Source of the DNA: Kofleriaceae bacterium
Lineage (GTDB): Bacteria > Myxococcota_A > Polyangia > Haliangiales > Haliangiaceae
Reading direction: 5' to 3'
Assembly: GCA_965215005.1 (NCBI GenBank)
Contig: CBDCCZ010000014.1
Location: 1 to 64,000, forward strand
DNA length: 64,000 nt
In this document: one piece after another, positions 1 through 11,572 of the stretch
Layout: each line of letters begins with the position of its first letter
How positions within the stretch are numbered: the first letter of the stretch is position 1
Translations under genes and position numbers: made by a program
Notes under the pieces: model-generated
Told to the model about the DNA's origin: nothing
Databases searched by the model: none
The model's input: the letters and a program-made list of their open reading frames with translations, nothing else

Positions 1-46
1 TGGCGGCCGTCGCGGCTTCGATCAGTTAAACGACTGATTCCACGCC

Positions 47-88
47 CGAAAATGAAAACGCGGCGCCGGGAACGAATTCCCGCGCCGC
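47..88 (-). terminator. Rho-independent terminator after the VWA lipoprotein gene
   Basis: On the minus strand a GC stem (CGGCGCGGGAA-ttcg-TTCCCGGCGCCG) is followed by TTTTCATTTTT, about 30 nt after the stop at 117. Confidence 0.6.
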
Positions 89-116
89 GCGATCGGCAAT
101 GTGCTCTGCGAAGCCG

Positions 117-1082
117 CTATTCCACGGGTGGAAAGCCCTGGCAGGCCTGGTCGAAGGTGTCGAGCGCATCCTGCAGCCCCGCCGTCAGGTCGCCCTCGCA
201 GATCGAGCTGACCACCGCGTTGGCCCCGGTCGCACTGGCGAACTCGATGAGCCGCGTCGCTTCGTCGGCGGCGCCGAAATCCGAGCTACATCGGCCCGGT
301 CCGGCACCGGCGATCACCGCCGCCGCCCATCGGCCGCGGTCACCGGTGTACTGGTCGAGAAAATCGACATAGTTGGTGGCCGGCTCGAGCTGGCTCTCGC
401 AAAGCAACTCGAACAAGCCGAGATTGACGCTTTCTTCGTAGGAGCAATCGTCTTCGTCGGTGAGAAAGACGATCGCGAGGAGCGCATCGTCGCGGCGGAA
501 CCCGGCGTTGGTGCCATCTTGCATCCGCTCCTCAAACGCCATCCGCATCGCCGACAGCGGCATCTCATCGGTTGGCCCATCGGTGCCCACCTGCGCGGCG
601 CAGCCAAACTCTCCGGCGGGATCGGGATCTCCTGGCTCGACCCACTGGCGCTGCATGTTACAGCGCTGCAGAAGCTCGCCATTGGCGCCGCCGGTGATTT
701 GCGCCGGGATCGGCGTGCCCAAGAAGTCGGTCGTATAGGAATAGTTGCGGCCGGTGGTGGTTACCGCAACGCGGTAGTCGAGGTCTTGCTGCTCGAGCAC
801 GTTGATGAACAAGGGGAAGTTCTCCGCCAGGTTGTCCTGCTCCTCGAGCATCGAGGCCGAGTCATCGACGACGAACAGGATGTCCATCTTCTCGCACCGC
901 TGCGCCGGCGCCGCATCGACAAACTCGCCGCCGCCGTTATTTCCCCCGCCGGTGTCCCTTCCCGCATCGGCGGCTCCTTCGCCGCCAACGTCGCCACCGG
1001 TGGCCCCGCTGCCATCATCCGACGGGCCGCAGGCGGCCACCGCCGCCAGAGTAGACACCAGGCAATACCAACGAGCTCTCAT
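117..1082 (-). CDS. Myxobacterial VWA-domain lipoprotein
   Basis: Signal peptide with lipobox (VAAC), MIDAS motif DILFVVDDSASM, LAIVFLTDEDDCS. Confidence 0.85.
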   Translation of the reverse strand: MRARWYCLVSTLAAVAACGPSDDGSGATGGDVGGEGAADAGRDTGGGNNGGGEFVDAAPAQRCEKMDILFVVDDSASMLEEQDNLAENFPLFINVLEQQDLDYRVAVTTTGRNYSYTTDFLGTPIPAQITGGANGELLQRCNMQRQWVEPGDPDPAGEFGCAAQVGTDGPTDEMPLSAMRMAFEERMQDGTNAGFRRDDALLAIVFLTDEDDCSYEESVNLGLFELLCESQLEPATNYVDFLDQYTGDRGRWAAAVIAGAGPGRCSSDFGAADEATRLIEFASATGANAVVSSICEGDLTAGLQDALDTFDQACQGFPPVE

Positions 1083-1277
1083 GCTTTGACTCCCCTGAGC
1101 GTACGTCGCGCAGCACCCCCGCTGCGCAACGACTATCCCGCAGGGACAGTATCTCTCCTTGTGGCCGGATCCACAGAAAGTGGCTCACGGTGGCTATCAC
1201 CGCGCGCTCGGGAGTCTCGGGGAGGAAGCACAGGCTCGGGAGGCACCGAGCCGGTCGCCAGGCACGCTGCTGGTAAT

Positions 1278-2911
1278 TTAAAAGAGGTAGCCGAGGGTGG
1301 CAGTGCCGCCGAGGTAGCGGTCGAGGGCGCCGTAGACGTCGGGCGTCGCCGGATCGGCATCGCGCATGGTGGTCATCTGGCCGTTGCCGCTAAAGCTGAA
1401 CCCGAACGCCGCGCCGCGTGCCCGGAGCGATACCAACAGACGCTCGGTCGCCAAGTAGTCGAAGCCGGCCTCGCCGTCACCACCGGTGACCGTCGCCTGG
1501 CCGTACTGCTCTGCCGTGGTGATTTGCCCGGCTTCGGTAACGAGGAAGCCGCGGGCGGCGGCGGCGAAAGCCAGCTTCTCCGACAGCGGAAACCGCACCT
1601 CGAGCCCTGGAGCCACCACCGTATACGCGCTGTTGGGCAGATCGAGCGGCAAGCCCATGGGGTTGTCGATGGCGAACTCCGATCTTGCCGTAGTCGACTC
1701 CAGCCTTCACCAATGGTGCGGTGGGCGTGCTCACCGAAGCTCTTGCGAACCCGCACGCCCACCGACCAACGCTGCATGTTGGTCGTCGACGGCGGCCCGA
1801 GGGGCTGCCCGTCTGGACCTGGGATGAGGGTTTTGAGGCCGATCACGCGGTCGATCATGAACGCGCCGCCGACGTTGGCCGCCAAGCCCTCGCCACCAGC
1901 CAACGGATACATCTCGCCGCTCGCGAATGCTCCGGCGGCGGGTGGGCCCGAGTAGCCGGCGGGCTGATTTTCCAGCCCCTGCCGCGTGGTGAACGCAAGG
2001 CTGCGCTGCACCACACTCACGCCTGCCTGCACCTGCACCATTGCCGAGTTGACCCGCACCGGCTCCGAGCGGGTGACCGTTGCGCGCAGCGAGCTGCCTT
2101 TGGCGTCACTGCCGCTGTCTACGTCTTCGTCTTCGTCCGCAAGCGCGGCCACCCGCTGCTCGCTCGGCGGCTCCATGTCATCGAGCGGCTCTTCTTCGGC
2201 CGAGCGAATCGCCTCGTCATCCGCATCTCGGCGGCTGTCGCGTGCGCCGCGATCGCTTGCCTCCTCATCGTCGGCGAGCGAGACCGACTCTTCCGTGATG
2301 TCTTCGTCGGCATCGTCCTCAGAAGCCTCGCGGATCGCGATGGCGCGCGACCGCGACTTCTTTCGCGCCGGGCGAGCATCAACGTCCTCAACCGCAGCGA
2401 TCGCTTCTTCGTCGTCAGCGGCCTGCAAATCGTCAATAGCGTCGAGCAGGCGCACGCCGAGCTTGTACTGCAGCTTGCCCGACAGGCTCGGCTCACTGAG
2501 CCGCACCGCCAGTCGCTTGACCGTGCGTCCGCTGGCACCATCGCGTAGCCGCAAACGGAACATGTAGCTCTCATCGTCTTCGGCGACGAGCATTCCGTGC
2601 AGCACCGCGTCGGCCTTGACCTTGGCAGCGACCTTGGCGACGTCGTCTGGATTTAGCTTTTTGGCCTTGAGGCGCCGAGCTGCCCGGCGGTAGGCGTCGG
2701 GCCCGATCACGCGATGCTGCTCCTCGATGAGCTTGGTAAGTGCGCGGCGAAGCTTGCCGTTGCGCGCCCCTTCGACCTCGAGCACCGCAATGCGCTTGCC
2801 TGATTCCGCTGTGGCCGCCGGTGCATGGCTTAGCCACACGGCCGCCGCGCACACTAAGACCGTTAGACTTCGCCAACGACTCCGCTGCATGATCATCTGC
2901 CTCCCGGACAT
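1278..2911 (-). CDS. Secreted/outer-membrane beta-barrel protein with acidic linker; two apparent +1 frameshifts near 1733 and 1680
   Basis: Signal peptide; reading continues RVRKSFG / STPTAPLVKAGVDYGKI / EFAIDNPMGLPLDLP across three frames; ends in an OMP-like terminal Phe (ATLGYLF). Confidence 0.65.
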
Positions 2912-3128
2912 ATCCGCTGATGGTTCCAGCGCCTTCTCTGCAAGCGCAACGCCGACCGCCTAACGAGCGAAACTTCGCGAAACACTTGGCAGTTGCAGCA
3001 GTCCCAGTGTGGGGCCGCAACCCTCCACCTCGCGCCGCCGATCCCCACGGGCACGATGTACGACAGCCGGCGCTTTTGCCGCTCCCGCCGTCCGCGCCGG
3101 ACGAGGGACGCTGCTACCCTGCGAGGCC

Positions 3129-4484
3129 GTGTACATCATCATCGTAGGTGCAGGGGAGGTGGGCAGCTACCTAGCCCGCATCCTCGTCGAGGAGCATCAC
3201 GACGTCGCGATCGTCGAGCGCGACGAGAAGCTGGCCCGCGATCTCGATGCCAGTCTCGACGCCCTGGTGGTTCACGGCAGCGGCGTGAGCCGCGCCGCCC
3301 TCGATCGCGCTGGCATTCGCCGCGCCGATCTGGTGCTGGCAGTCACCCAGGTCGACGAGGTCAACATCATTGCGTGCATGACCGCCGTCAAGTTCGGCAA
3401 GAGCGGCGTGCGCACCGTCGCCAGGGTTCGCGATGCGCAGTACCTCGCCGGCGAGTCGGCGCTCAGTGCCGAAGAGCTCGGCCTGAGCCTGCTAGTCGGT
3501 CCCGAGCGCGCCGTCGCCTCCGAAGTCGTGAATCTTCTCGGTTACGAAGGCGCCGGCGAGGTGCATCACCTGGCCAGCTCGCGGTTGGTGCTGCTCGAGC
3601 TACCGCTCGCCAGCGACTCGCCGCTCACCAACGAGAGCCTCGCCGAGCTCGCGCAGGTGTTTCCGACGCCGTCGCTCATCGCCGCCGTGAGCGGCCTCAA
3701 AGGGCTGCGCATTCCGCGCGGCGACGACGTCATGAGCGCCGAGGAGCGCGCCTACGTGCTCACCACGCCGAGCAACGCTGACGAGTTTTGGATCCTCTCG
3801 GGCAAGCCCTGGCATCACGTGCGCCACGTGCTCATCGTCGGCTGTGGCGACATCGGCTTTCACCTCGCGCGGCAACTCGAGTCGCAGCGCATGTTCCCCA
3901 CCATCATCGAGCTCGACCGCGAACGCGCCGAGTGGGTATCGCAACGGCTAACGAAATCTATCGTTCTGCACGGCGACGGCACCCAACCCGACTTCCTCCG
4001 CGAGCAGCTCGAAGAGCGTGCTGACGCTGTGGTGGTGCTCCTGGATGATGACGAGAAATCGCTTCTCATTGGGTTGTTCGCCAAGCATCTCGGCGCCAAA
4101 AAAACCGTCGTACGCTCGGATAAGCCGGCATACCGGCCCATCGCGCACAAGCTCGGCATCGACGCGCTCATCAGTCCGCGGCGTGCGGTTGCCGACGAGA
4201 TTCTCCGCTTCGTTCGCAAAGGCCGCGTCGCCTCCGCGCACATGCTCGGCGATCACGAGGGCGAGCTTCTCGAGCTCCACGTCCCGCAAGAGCCCCGACA
4301 TCCCGAGATCCTCGAGACGCCACTCAAGCAGATGCAGTTTCCCAGCGGCGCGCTGGTGGGGGCGGTGGTGCGCGACGAGGAGATGCAGATCGCCACCGGC
4401 GAAACCCGTTTACAACGCGGCGACAGGCTCCTGATCGTGGCGCTGGCCGACGCCATTCACGACGTCGAGAACCTGCTGTCATAA
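3129..4484 (+). CDS. trkA: Trk K+ uptake system NAD-binding subunit TrkA
   Basis: Two RCK_N/RCK_C pairs with IIVGAGEVG and [12 protein letters not shown] start at 3129 after GAGG. Confidence 0.95.
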   Translation: MYIIIVGAGEVGSYLARILVEEHHDVAIVERDEKLARDLDASLDALVVHGSGVSRAALDRAGIRRADLVLAVTQVDEVNIIACMTAVKFGKSGVRTVARVRDAQYLAGESALSAEELGLSLLVGPERAVASEVVNLLGYEGAGEVHHLASSRLVLLELPLASDSPLTNESLAELAQVFPTPSLIAAVSGLKGLRIPRGDDVMSAEERAYVLTTPSNADEFWILSGKPWHHVRHVLIVGCGDIGFHLARQLESQRMFPTIIELDRERAEWVSQRLTKSIVLHGDGTQPDFLREQLEERADAVVVLLDDDEKSLLIGLFAKHLGAKKTVVRSDKPAYRPIAHKLGIDALISPRRAVADEILRFVRKGRVASAHMLGDHEGELLELHVPQEPRHPEILETPLKQMQFPSGALVGAVVRDEEMQIATGETRLQRGDRLLIVALADAIHDVENLLS

Positions 4485-4487
4485 GCC

Positions 4488-5951
<1,464 letters not shown>

Positions 5952-6004
5952 GCCTTATCACGCTGCTTTAATGAAGCTCGCTTCCCCCGCGTCATAGCTC
6001 GGTC

Positions 6005-6910
6005 ATGAAGCCACCGCTGCCGCCGAGCACTATCATCGCGAGCCGCTATGAGCTCCTCTCGCTGCTTGGCACGGGAGGAATGGCGCGCGTCTATCGCGCC
6101 CGTCACCGCCTGCTCGACCGCCAGGTGGCGCTCAAGCTGCTCCCCAGCGACGAGCTCGACACCGGTGAGCAGCGGTTTCTGCGCGAGGCCAGAAATGCAG
6201 CTCTACTCGACCACCCCGGCTGCATTCGCGTTCACGATTATGGCGCCACCGACGACGGCAACCGCTTCATCGTCATGGAGCTCATCGACGGGCCGACCCT
6301 TCTGCAAGAGCTCGAGCGCGCTGGTGCGATGCCGCCAAGGCGCGCGCTGGGGCTGATCTGCGAGCTCCTCGATGCGCTGGCGCACGCCCACAGCCGCGGC
6401 GTGTTGCACCGCGACATCAAGCCCGCCAACGTCATGCGCGCCCACGACGGCGGCGGCAGTCGCGTGGTGCTCATCGACTTTGGGCTCTCACGCCTCCACG
6501 ACGACGCGCCGCTCACGCTGGCGGGCTCCTGCGTCGGCTCGCCGAGCTACCTGGCGCCGGAGCGGCTGCTCAGGCAGCCCTACGATGCGCGCGCCGACCT
6601 CTACGGCGTCGGCGTGCTCCTCTATGAGCTGCTCGCTGGCCGGCGACCGTTCACCGCCCAAACGCCGCTCGAGCTCGCGCGGCAGCACGTTTCTCAGATG
6701 CCGCAGCCGCTTGACGAGGTGCGCCCTGGCCTGCCAGCAGCGTTGGTCGCCTTGGTCCATCGCGCGCTGGCCAAGCACCCCGAAGCGCGGCATGAGTCGG
6801 CCTACGAGATGCTGGCCGCGGCGCACCGAATCGAGCGCTCTTTGCACGAGCCAGGGTGCACTCGCCTCAATCGCACCGCGGTCACGTTCGACGAGGCATC
6901 CAGTCCGTAG
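6005..6910 (+). CDS. Hanks-type Ser/Thr protein kinase (kinase domain only)
   Basis: LGTGGMARVY, VALK, HRDIKPAN, DFG, APE, DLYGVG. Confidence 0.92.
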   Translation: MKPPLPPSTIIASRYELLSLLGTGGMARVYRARHRLLDRQVALKLLPSDELDTGEQRFLREARNAALLDHPGCIRVHDYGATDDGNRFIVMELIDGPTLLQELERAGAMPPRRALGLICELLDALAHAHSRGVLHRDIKPANVMRAHDGGGSRVVLIDFGLSRLHDDAPLTLAGSCVGSPSYLAPERLLRQPYDARADLYGVGVLLYELLAGRRPFTAQTPLELARQHVSQMPQPLDEVRPGLPAALVALVHRALAKHPEARHESAYEMLAAAHRIERSLHEPGCTRLNRTAVTFDEASSP

Positions 6911-6999
6911 GCGCTGCAGGCGACGGTGCGTTCCGTGGGCGGCACGCGCGCGAGCGGGCTTATCGCCGCTCGGCGCCGAGCCCGCCTTCAGTCGGCCGC

Positions 7000-7097
7000 A
7001 CATGCCCGCGGCCCGCGCCCTCATGGCCACTGACGACGCCGCCGAGGGTGTAAAATCGTACCTCGAGCGCCGTCAGGTCACCTTCCGCGGAACGTGA
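7000..7097 (+). pseudogene. Orphan 3' fragment of an enoyl-CoA hydratase/crotonase gene
   Basis: ARALMATDDAAEGVKSYLERRQVTFRGT* matches the crotonase C-terminus pattern (EG..F.E.R...F.G); no 5' part present. Confidence 0.7.
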
Positions 7098-7130
7098 ATC
7101 GGCCCGACCGTAGGAAGTATACTTGGGCCC

Positions 7131-9083
7131 TTGGTTTCGACATCGCCAGACGCTGCGAGCGCGCGGATTCGGGCCGACCGGGAACGCGTTCTTCTCAGCT
7201 CCATCGTGGAGAATTCTTCGGAGTTCATCGGGATCTCTGACCTCGAAGGGGTACCGCTGTTCTTGAACAGGGCCGGACGACAGCTGGTCGGGCTCGCCGA
7301 AGACTTCAACGTGACGCAGACCACGATCCCCGATTTCTTCGTGCCCGAAGAGCGCGGCTTCATCGGCTCCGTGGTTCTGCCCGCGATTCAGGGCTCCGGG
7401 CGCTGGGCAGGCGAGTTGACCTTTCAGCACTTTCAGACTGGCGAGCGGATCCCGGTCTGGTACGACGTGTTCCAGATCGACGATCCGGAGACCGGCCAAC
7501 CCATCAACTTTGCCACCGTCACCCGCGACCTCAGAGAGCAAAAGCGGGCTGCGGCGGCTCTGAAAGAAAGCGAAAATCGGATTCATGTCGCTCTCGAGGC
7601 GGCCGAGCTTGGCACCTGGAATGTCGTCGATCCCCAGACGATGGAGCTAAAGACGGACCGGCGCTTCCGGCAGATTTTTGGGGGGCGTCCGACCGACGAG
7701 GTCGTGTACGAAGAGGCCCTCGGCGTGATCCATCCTGAGGACCAGGAACGGGTGGCGAGCGCAGTCGCCCGAGCGATGGACCCTGCCGACCCTCAGCCGT
7801 ATGACATCGAGTACCGCGTGATCTGGCCCGACGAATCGTTGCACTGGGTCGCGGCCAAAGGGAGGGCCAGCTTCGAATCCGTCGATGGAGCCACGCGTTT
7901 GACGAGCTTCGACGGCACGGTCCGGGACGTTACCGAAGAGCGACGCCTGAGAGAAGAGCTTCGAGACATCGCAGCACGTTTGTCCGAGGCGGGGCGCCGC
8001 AAGGACGAGTTTCTGGCCACCTTGGCCCACGAACTGCGGAATCCCCTGGCCCCCATCCGCACAGCTCTCGACGCCATGAAGCTCGCCGACGACCCTGCAT
8101 CGCGAGAGCGCATTCGCCAGATGATGATCCGGCAGACGGAGCAGGTGGTGCATCTCGTCGACGATCTCCTGGACGCGTCCCGTATCACCAGCGGGAAACT
8201 GCGGCTTCGTCGGAGCCGCATCGAAGTAGCCAGCGTCGTGTGGGGAGCCGTCGAGGCGATGCAGCCTTCCTTGGAAAAGGCCGGCCATCGTCTCGAGGTG
8301 CGTCTGCCGGACTCGCCGGTCGTTCTCGATGCGGACCCCACACGCCTCGCGCAGATCCTGTCGAATCTTCTGAGTAACGCGATCAAATACACCAGGGACG
8401 CGGGCGATATCGCGATCGAGGTCGACGTCCGAGGAGCCATGGTGGCCATCGCCGTTCGGGACAACGGGCTCGGTATCGCGCCGGACATGCAGACCAGGAT
8501 CTTCGACATGTTCGGCCAGGTCGACCAGGCCTCCGACGAGGCACGCGGCGGTCTCGGCATCGGGTTGACCCTCGTGAAAAGCCTCGTGGAGCTCCACGGT
8601 GGCTCGATCACGGTCCAGAGCAAGGGGAAAGGGATGGGGAGCGAGTTCACGGTGCTCCTTCCCATCGCGCCAGCAGCCGAAGTCTCTGACTCAGACGTTG
8701 ACGCGCCGGTCGAGCAGAAGGCCAAGGACCTTCGCGTTCTGGTGGTCGATGACAATCTCGAGGGAGCCGAGATGATGACCATGCTCGTCGAGCTCTTGGG
8801 AAACGAAGTCCGCGAGGCGCACGACGGTCAGGAAGCCATCGAGGTCGCAGAAACGTTTCTACCCGACGTCGTCCTCATGGACATCGGAATGCCGCGCATG
8901 AACGGCAACGAAGCCGCTCGCCACATTCGTCGGCAGAGCTGGGGCAAGACCATGAAGCTCGTGGCGCTAACGGGGTGGGGGCAAGAGCAGGACCGCGCCC
9001 AGACAAAGGAGGCTGGGTTCGACGCTCACCTCGTGAAACCCGCCGACATCGACGCCATCAAGAAGGTCCTCGCCCGCGAATAG
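7131..9083 (+). CDS. Cytoplasmic hybrid histidine kinase (PAS-PAS-HisKA-HATPase-REC)
   Basis: Two PAS domains, FLATLAHELRNPL, NLLSNAIKY, DNGLGI, GGLGIGL, C-terminal receiver (VVDD...DIGMP...KP). Confidence 0.93.
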   Translation: MVSTSPDAASARIRADRERVLLSSIVENSSEFIGISDLEGVPLFLNRAGRQLVGLAEDFNVTQTTIPDFFVPEERGFIGSVVLPAIQGSGRWAGELTFQHFQTGERIPVWYDVFQIDDPETGQPINFATVTRDLREQKRAAAALKESENRIHVALEAAELGTWNVVDPQTMELKTDRRFRQIFGGRPTDEVVYEEALGVIHPEDQERVASAVARAMDPADPQPYDIEYRVIWPDESLHWVAAKGRASFESVDGATRLTSFDGTVRDVTEERRLREELRDIAARLSEAGRRKDEFLATLAHELRNPLAPIRTALDAMKLADDPASRERIRQMMIRQTEQVVHLVDDLLDASRITSGKLRLRRSRIEVASVVWGAVEAMQPSLEKAGHRLEVRLPDSPVVLDADPTRLAQILSNLLSNAIKYTRDAGDIAIEVDVRGAMVAIAVRDNGLGIAPDMQTRIFDMFGQVDQASDEARGGLGIGLTLVKSLVELHGGSITVQSKGKGMGSEFTVLLPIAPAAEVSDSDVDAPVEQKAKDLRVLVVDDNLEGAEMMTMLVELLGNEVREAHDGQEAIEVAETFLPDVVLMDIGMPRMNGNEAARHIRRQSWGKTMKLVALTGWGQEQDRAQTKEAGFDAHLVKPADIDAIKKVLARE

Positions 9084-9279
9084 CGTCAGTTCGTTTCAGT
9101 GTGCATGGACAGCATCATGTTGCCGGTACGTTGCGTACTGTCATGGATGAAGCTTCCGGTTTTCAATCGCGAGCGAGCGAGAATCGCTTGATCGAGTGCG
9201 GCATTCGAAGCGCCCGAGGACAACTTCGTTTGCTTGCTCGGTCGCCGTAGGCTCGGGATGTCCCGCCTGCTGCTGCAAG

Positions 9280-9558
9280 CAATCGAGAACGCCGCGTTTT
9301 GCGCCGACACCAGCGATACGCTCCGCTGAGCATCGCGGTGAGGTTCTTCGAGTTGCGGCCGACAAGCTCGGTGAACTTTGCGATCTGCTCGGCCAGCGCC
9401 GCGATCTGGGCGTCGCGCTCGGCCAGATGGGTATCGCGCGCGGCTAGCGTCGTCTCGAGCGACATTATCCGCGCCTCGAGATCGCGCGGGTCATCAAGCT
9501 CGTCGCCAACCGCCGCCACCTCGACGTTAGATCATGATCGGATCCGCCCGTCGATCCC
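9280..9558 (-). mobile_element. Internally deleted IS66-family remnant (transposase 5' end)
   Basis: Near-identical to 14557-14767 (about 40 bp exact at 9517-9558), then jumps to sequence resembling 14120-14180 (AMLSGAYRWCRRKTRR). Confidence 0.85.
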
Positions 9559-9656
9559 AAGTCTCGGCGCCGGAAGTCGACTCCCTCTGGACTCCGAGCA
9601 GTTGGGCGAGTCCCCGGGGTCCACCTCAAAACCCCCTCCAACGCGCTCGTCCCGGT

Positions 9657-9725
9657 TTTTAAACTTGTTCAAAATTTCCTTGACACGAGCCGCCGTCACC
9701 AGGCATTAACTGAACATGTTCAAAA
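9657..9725 (+). promoter_or_regulatory. Sigma70-type promoter with two putative TetR operators
   Basis: TTGACA at 9680-9685; perfect palindrome TGAACATGTTCA at 9711-9722; variant TAAACTTGTTCA at 9660-9671; RBS GAGGTG before ATG 9739. Confidence 0.7.
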
Positions 9726-9738
9726 CTAGAGGTGACGC

Positions 9739-10146
9739 ATGTCGAGCTATCCGTTGATGGTCTACGCCGCGTACGGCGTCGCGAGCTTGGTCCTGACCAT
9801 GTGGATCGCGCGCACGTTGTTCAAGAACGGCGCCGTGTTCCTCGAGGAGGTGTTCGCCGATAACCCGCGGCTCGCCGGCGCGGTGAACCACCTCCTCGTG
9901 GTCGGGTTCTACCTCCTCAACCTCGGGTACGCGTGCCTACTCCTGCGCGAGGGCTGGGCCTACGAGCAGATGGGCGCCCAGCAGGCCGTGGAAGTGCTGG
10001 CGAGCAAGCTCGGCGCGCTCCTCGTCTCCCTGGGAGTGATGCACATGCTCAACCTGTACGTCTTGCACCGGATCCGGCGGCGCGCGCGACTGGCCCAGTT
10101 GCCGCCGCCGCTGCCAGCCCAGTTCGAGCTGCGGCAGACCACCTGA
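9739..10146 (+). CDS. Small integral membrane protein
   Basis: Three hydrophobic segments, good RBS, TGATG coupling to the next gene. Confidence 0.85.
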   Translation: MSSYPLMVYAAYGVASLVLTMWIARTLFKNGAVFLEEVFADNPRLAGAVNHLLVVGFYLLNLGYACLLLREGWAYEQMGAQQAVEVLASKLGALLVSLGVMHMLNLYVLHRIRRRARLAQLPPPLPAQFELRQTT

Positions 10147-10544
10147 TGCGGCGCTTGACCGTGCTTTACGACGGCGGGTGCCCGCTGTGCGTGCGCTGCG
10201 TGACGTGGCTGCGGTCTCAGCCCGCCCACGTCGAGCTCGAGCTGCTGGACGCGGCGGCGCCGGCGGCGCAGGCGCGTTACGGCCACTTGCCGTGGCTCGG
10301 CGACCAGCTCGTCGTCGTGAGCGACACGGGGCACGGCTGGGCGGGACCGGCCGCGTTCGTCACCTGCCTGTGGGCCCTGGTGGCGTGGCGCCCATGGGCC
10401 AGCCTCGCCGCACGACCCGCTCTGGCGCCGGTCTCGGCGCGGCTGTTCCACGGGCTGTCGACGCATCGCCGGCGGCTGGCCGCGTGGCTGGGGTGGGAGG
10501 TCTGCGCGTCGGAGCGCTGTGCTATCCGGGAACCGTACCGATGA
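10146..10544 (+). CDS. DCC1-like thiol-disulfide oxidoreductase (DUF393)
   Basis: VLYDGGCPLC DxxCxxC motif at the N-terminus; ATG at 10146 overlaps the upstream stop. Confidence 0.88.
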   Translation: MRRLTVLYDGGCPLCVRCVTWLRSQPAHVELELLDAAAPAAQARYGHLPWLGDQLVVVSDTGHGWAGPAAFVTCLWALVAWRPWASLAARPALAPVSARLFHGLSTHRRRLAAWLGWEVCASERCAIREPYR

Positions 10545-11287
10545 AGGCCCCCCGTGCCCGCAAAGGCGAGCTGTCCCGTGCTCACGTCCTCGATACCGCG
10601 GTGAAGCTATTCCGCCGGCGAGGTTTCGATGCCACCACCATGCGCGAGATCGCCGACGCCGCAGGCCTTTCGTTGGGCGCAGCCTATTACTACTTCGCCT
10701 CGAAGGAGGCCCTGCTCCTGGCGTACTACGTACGCAACCAGGAGGATCACGAGGCCCGCGTCGAGACGGCGCTCGCCGCGGCGTGCGACCTGCGCGGCCG
10801 GCTGGGCGTCCTCCTCCACGCCAAGCTCGATGCGGTGCAGGCGGAACGCAAGATGCTCTCCGGGCTCGTGCGACGCCTAGTCGATCCGAGCGACCCAGTG
10901 TCTGCGTTCGCCGACGATGTCGCCAGCGTGCGCGCGCGCGCCATCGGGCTTTACGCGCGCGTGCTTGCCGACGAGGGCCTGCCGGACGACGTTGTGCGCG
11001 TGCTCCCCCCGGCCCTGTGGCTGCTCCACATGGGGCTTCTCTTGTACTTCGTGAACGACCCATCGCCACGGCAGTCGCGGACCCGGAGGCTCGTCGACGA
11101 CACGCTCGACCTCATCGTCCCGCTGGCGCGCCTCGCGGCCAGTCCGGTGACCGAACCGATCCGCGTCCAGCTCATCGCCACGCTCGAGCGCGCGGGCCTC
11201 CTCGCCGCTGCTTCCCCTGTGGTCCCTACCGCGAGACCTGATTCCCACACTCCCGTGCGGAGAACTCGTAAGAACACAGAATCGTAG
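10541..11287 (+). CDS. TetR-family transcriptional regulator
   Basis: GFDATTMREIADAAGLSLGAAYYYFASKE HTH; ATGA overlap with the DCC1 gene. Confidence 0.92.
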   Translation: MKAPRARKGELSRAHVLDTAVKLFRRRGFDATTMREIADAAGLSLGAAYYYFASKEALLLAYYVRNQEDHEARVETALAAACDLRGRLGVLLHAKLDAVQAERKMLSGLVRRLVDPSDPVSAFADDVASVRARAIGLYARVLADEGLPDDVVRVLPPALWLLHMGLLLYFVNDPSPRQSRTRRLVDDTLDLIVPLARLAASPVTEPIRVQLIATLERAGLLAAASPVVPTARPDSHTPVRRTRKNTES

Positions 11288-11321
11288 GTGCCGCAGCCGG
11301 GAGTCGACCCGCAATTCCGGT

Positions 11322-11555
11322 ATGCATCAATCAAATCGAGCGCTGGTCGAACAGATTGAGCAGTGGTGCGCGAGCATTTGGAGGCGACGCGACGCGTGGT
11401 AGCGGCGGCGGTCGAGCAGGCGTTTTCGCCGATGCCGGAGGCGTCGCGGGGAGGCACGCGCAGCGAGGTGTCGCGGGTGAGGCGGGCAGCGAGTCGCGGG
11501 CGGCGGTCGCAGACCGAGTTATTGGCGCTTACTGAGCGCTTACACGCCTTCGTTG
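11322..11555 (+). pseudogene. 5' half of the IS66-associated winged-helix-like passenger gene (copy 1)
   Basis: MHQSNRALVEQIEQ..REHLEATRRVVAAAVEQAF...TELLALTERL; inverted paralog at 14804-15019; 1-nt deletion near 11364. Confidence 0.75.
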
Positions 11556-11572
11556 GGGATAAGGTGCGCGCG

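Noticed and set aside
99..1955. Long antisense ORFs (e.g. 99-1955, 11858-13438, 19447-20949, 53420-54967, 61412-62956)
   Set aside because: Shadow frames of well-supported opposite-strand genes in high-GC DNA, with no recognisable motifs apart from the GATase stump noted separately
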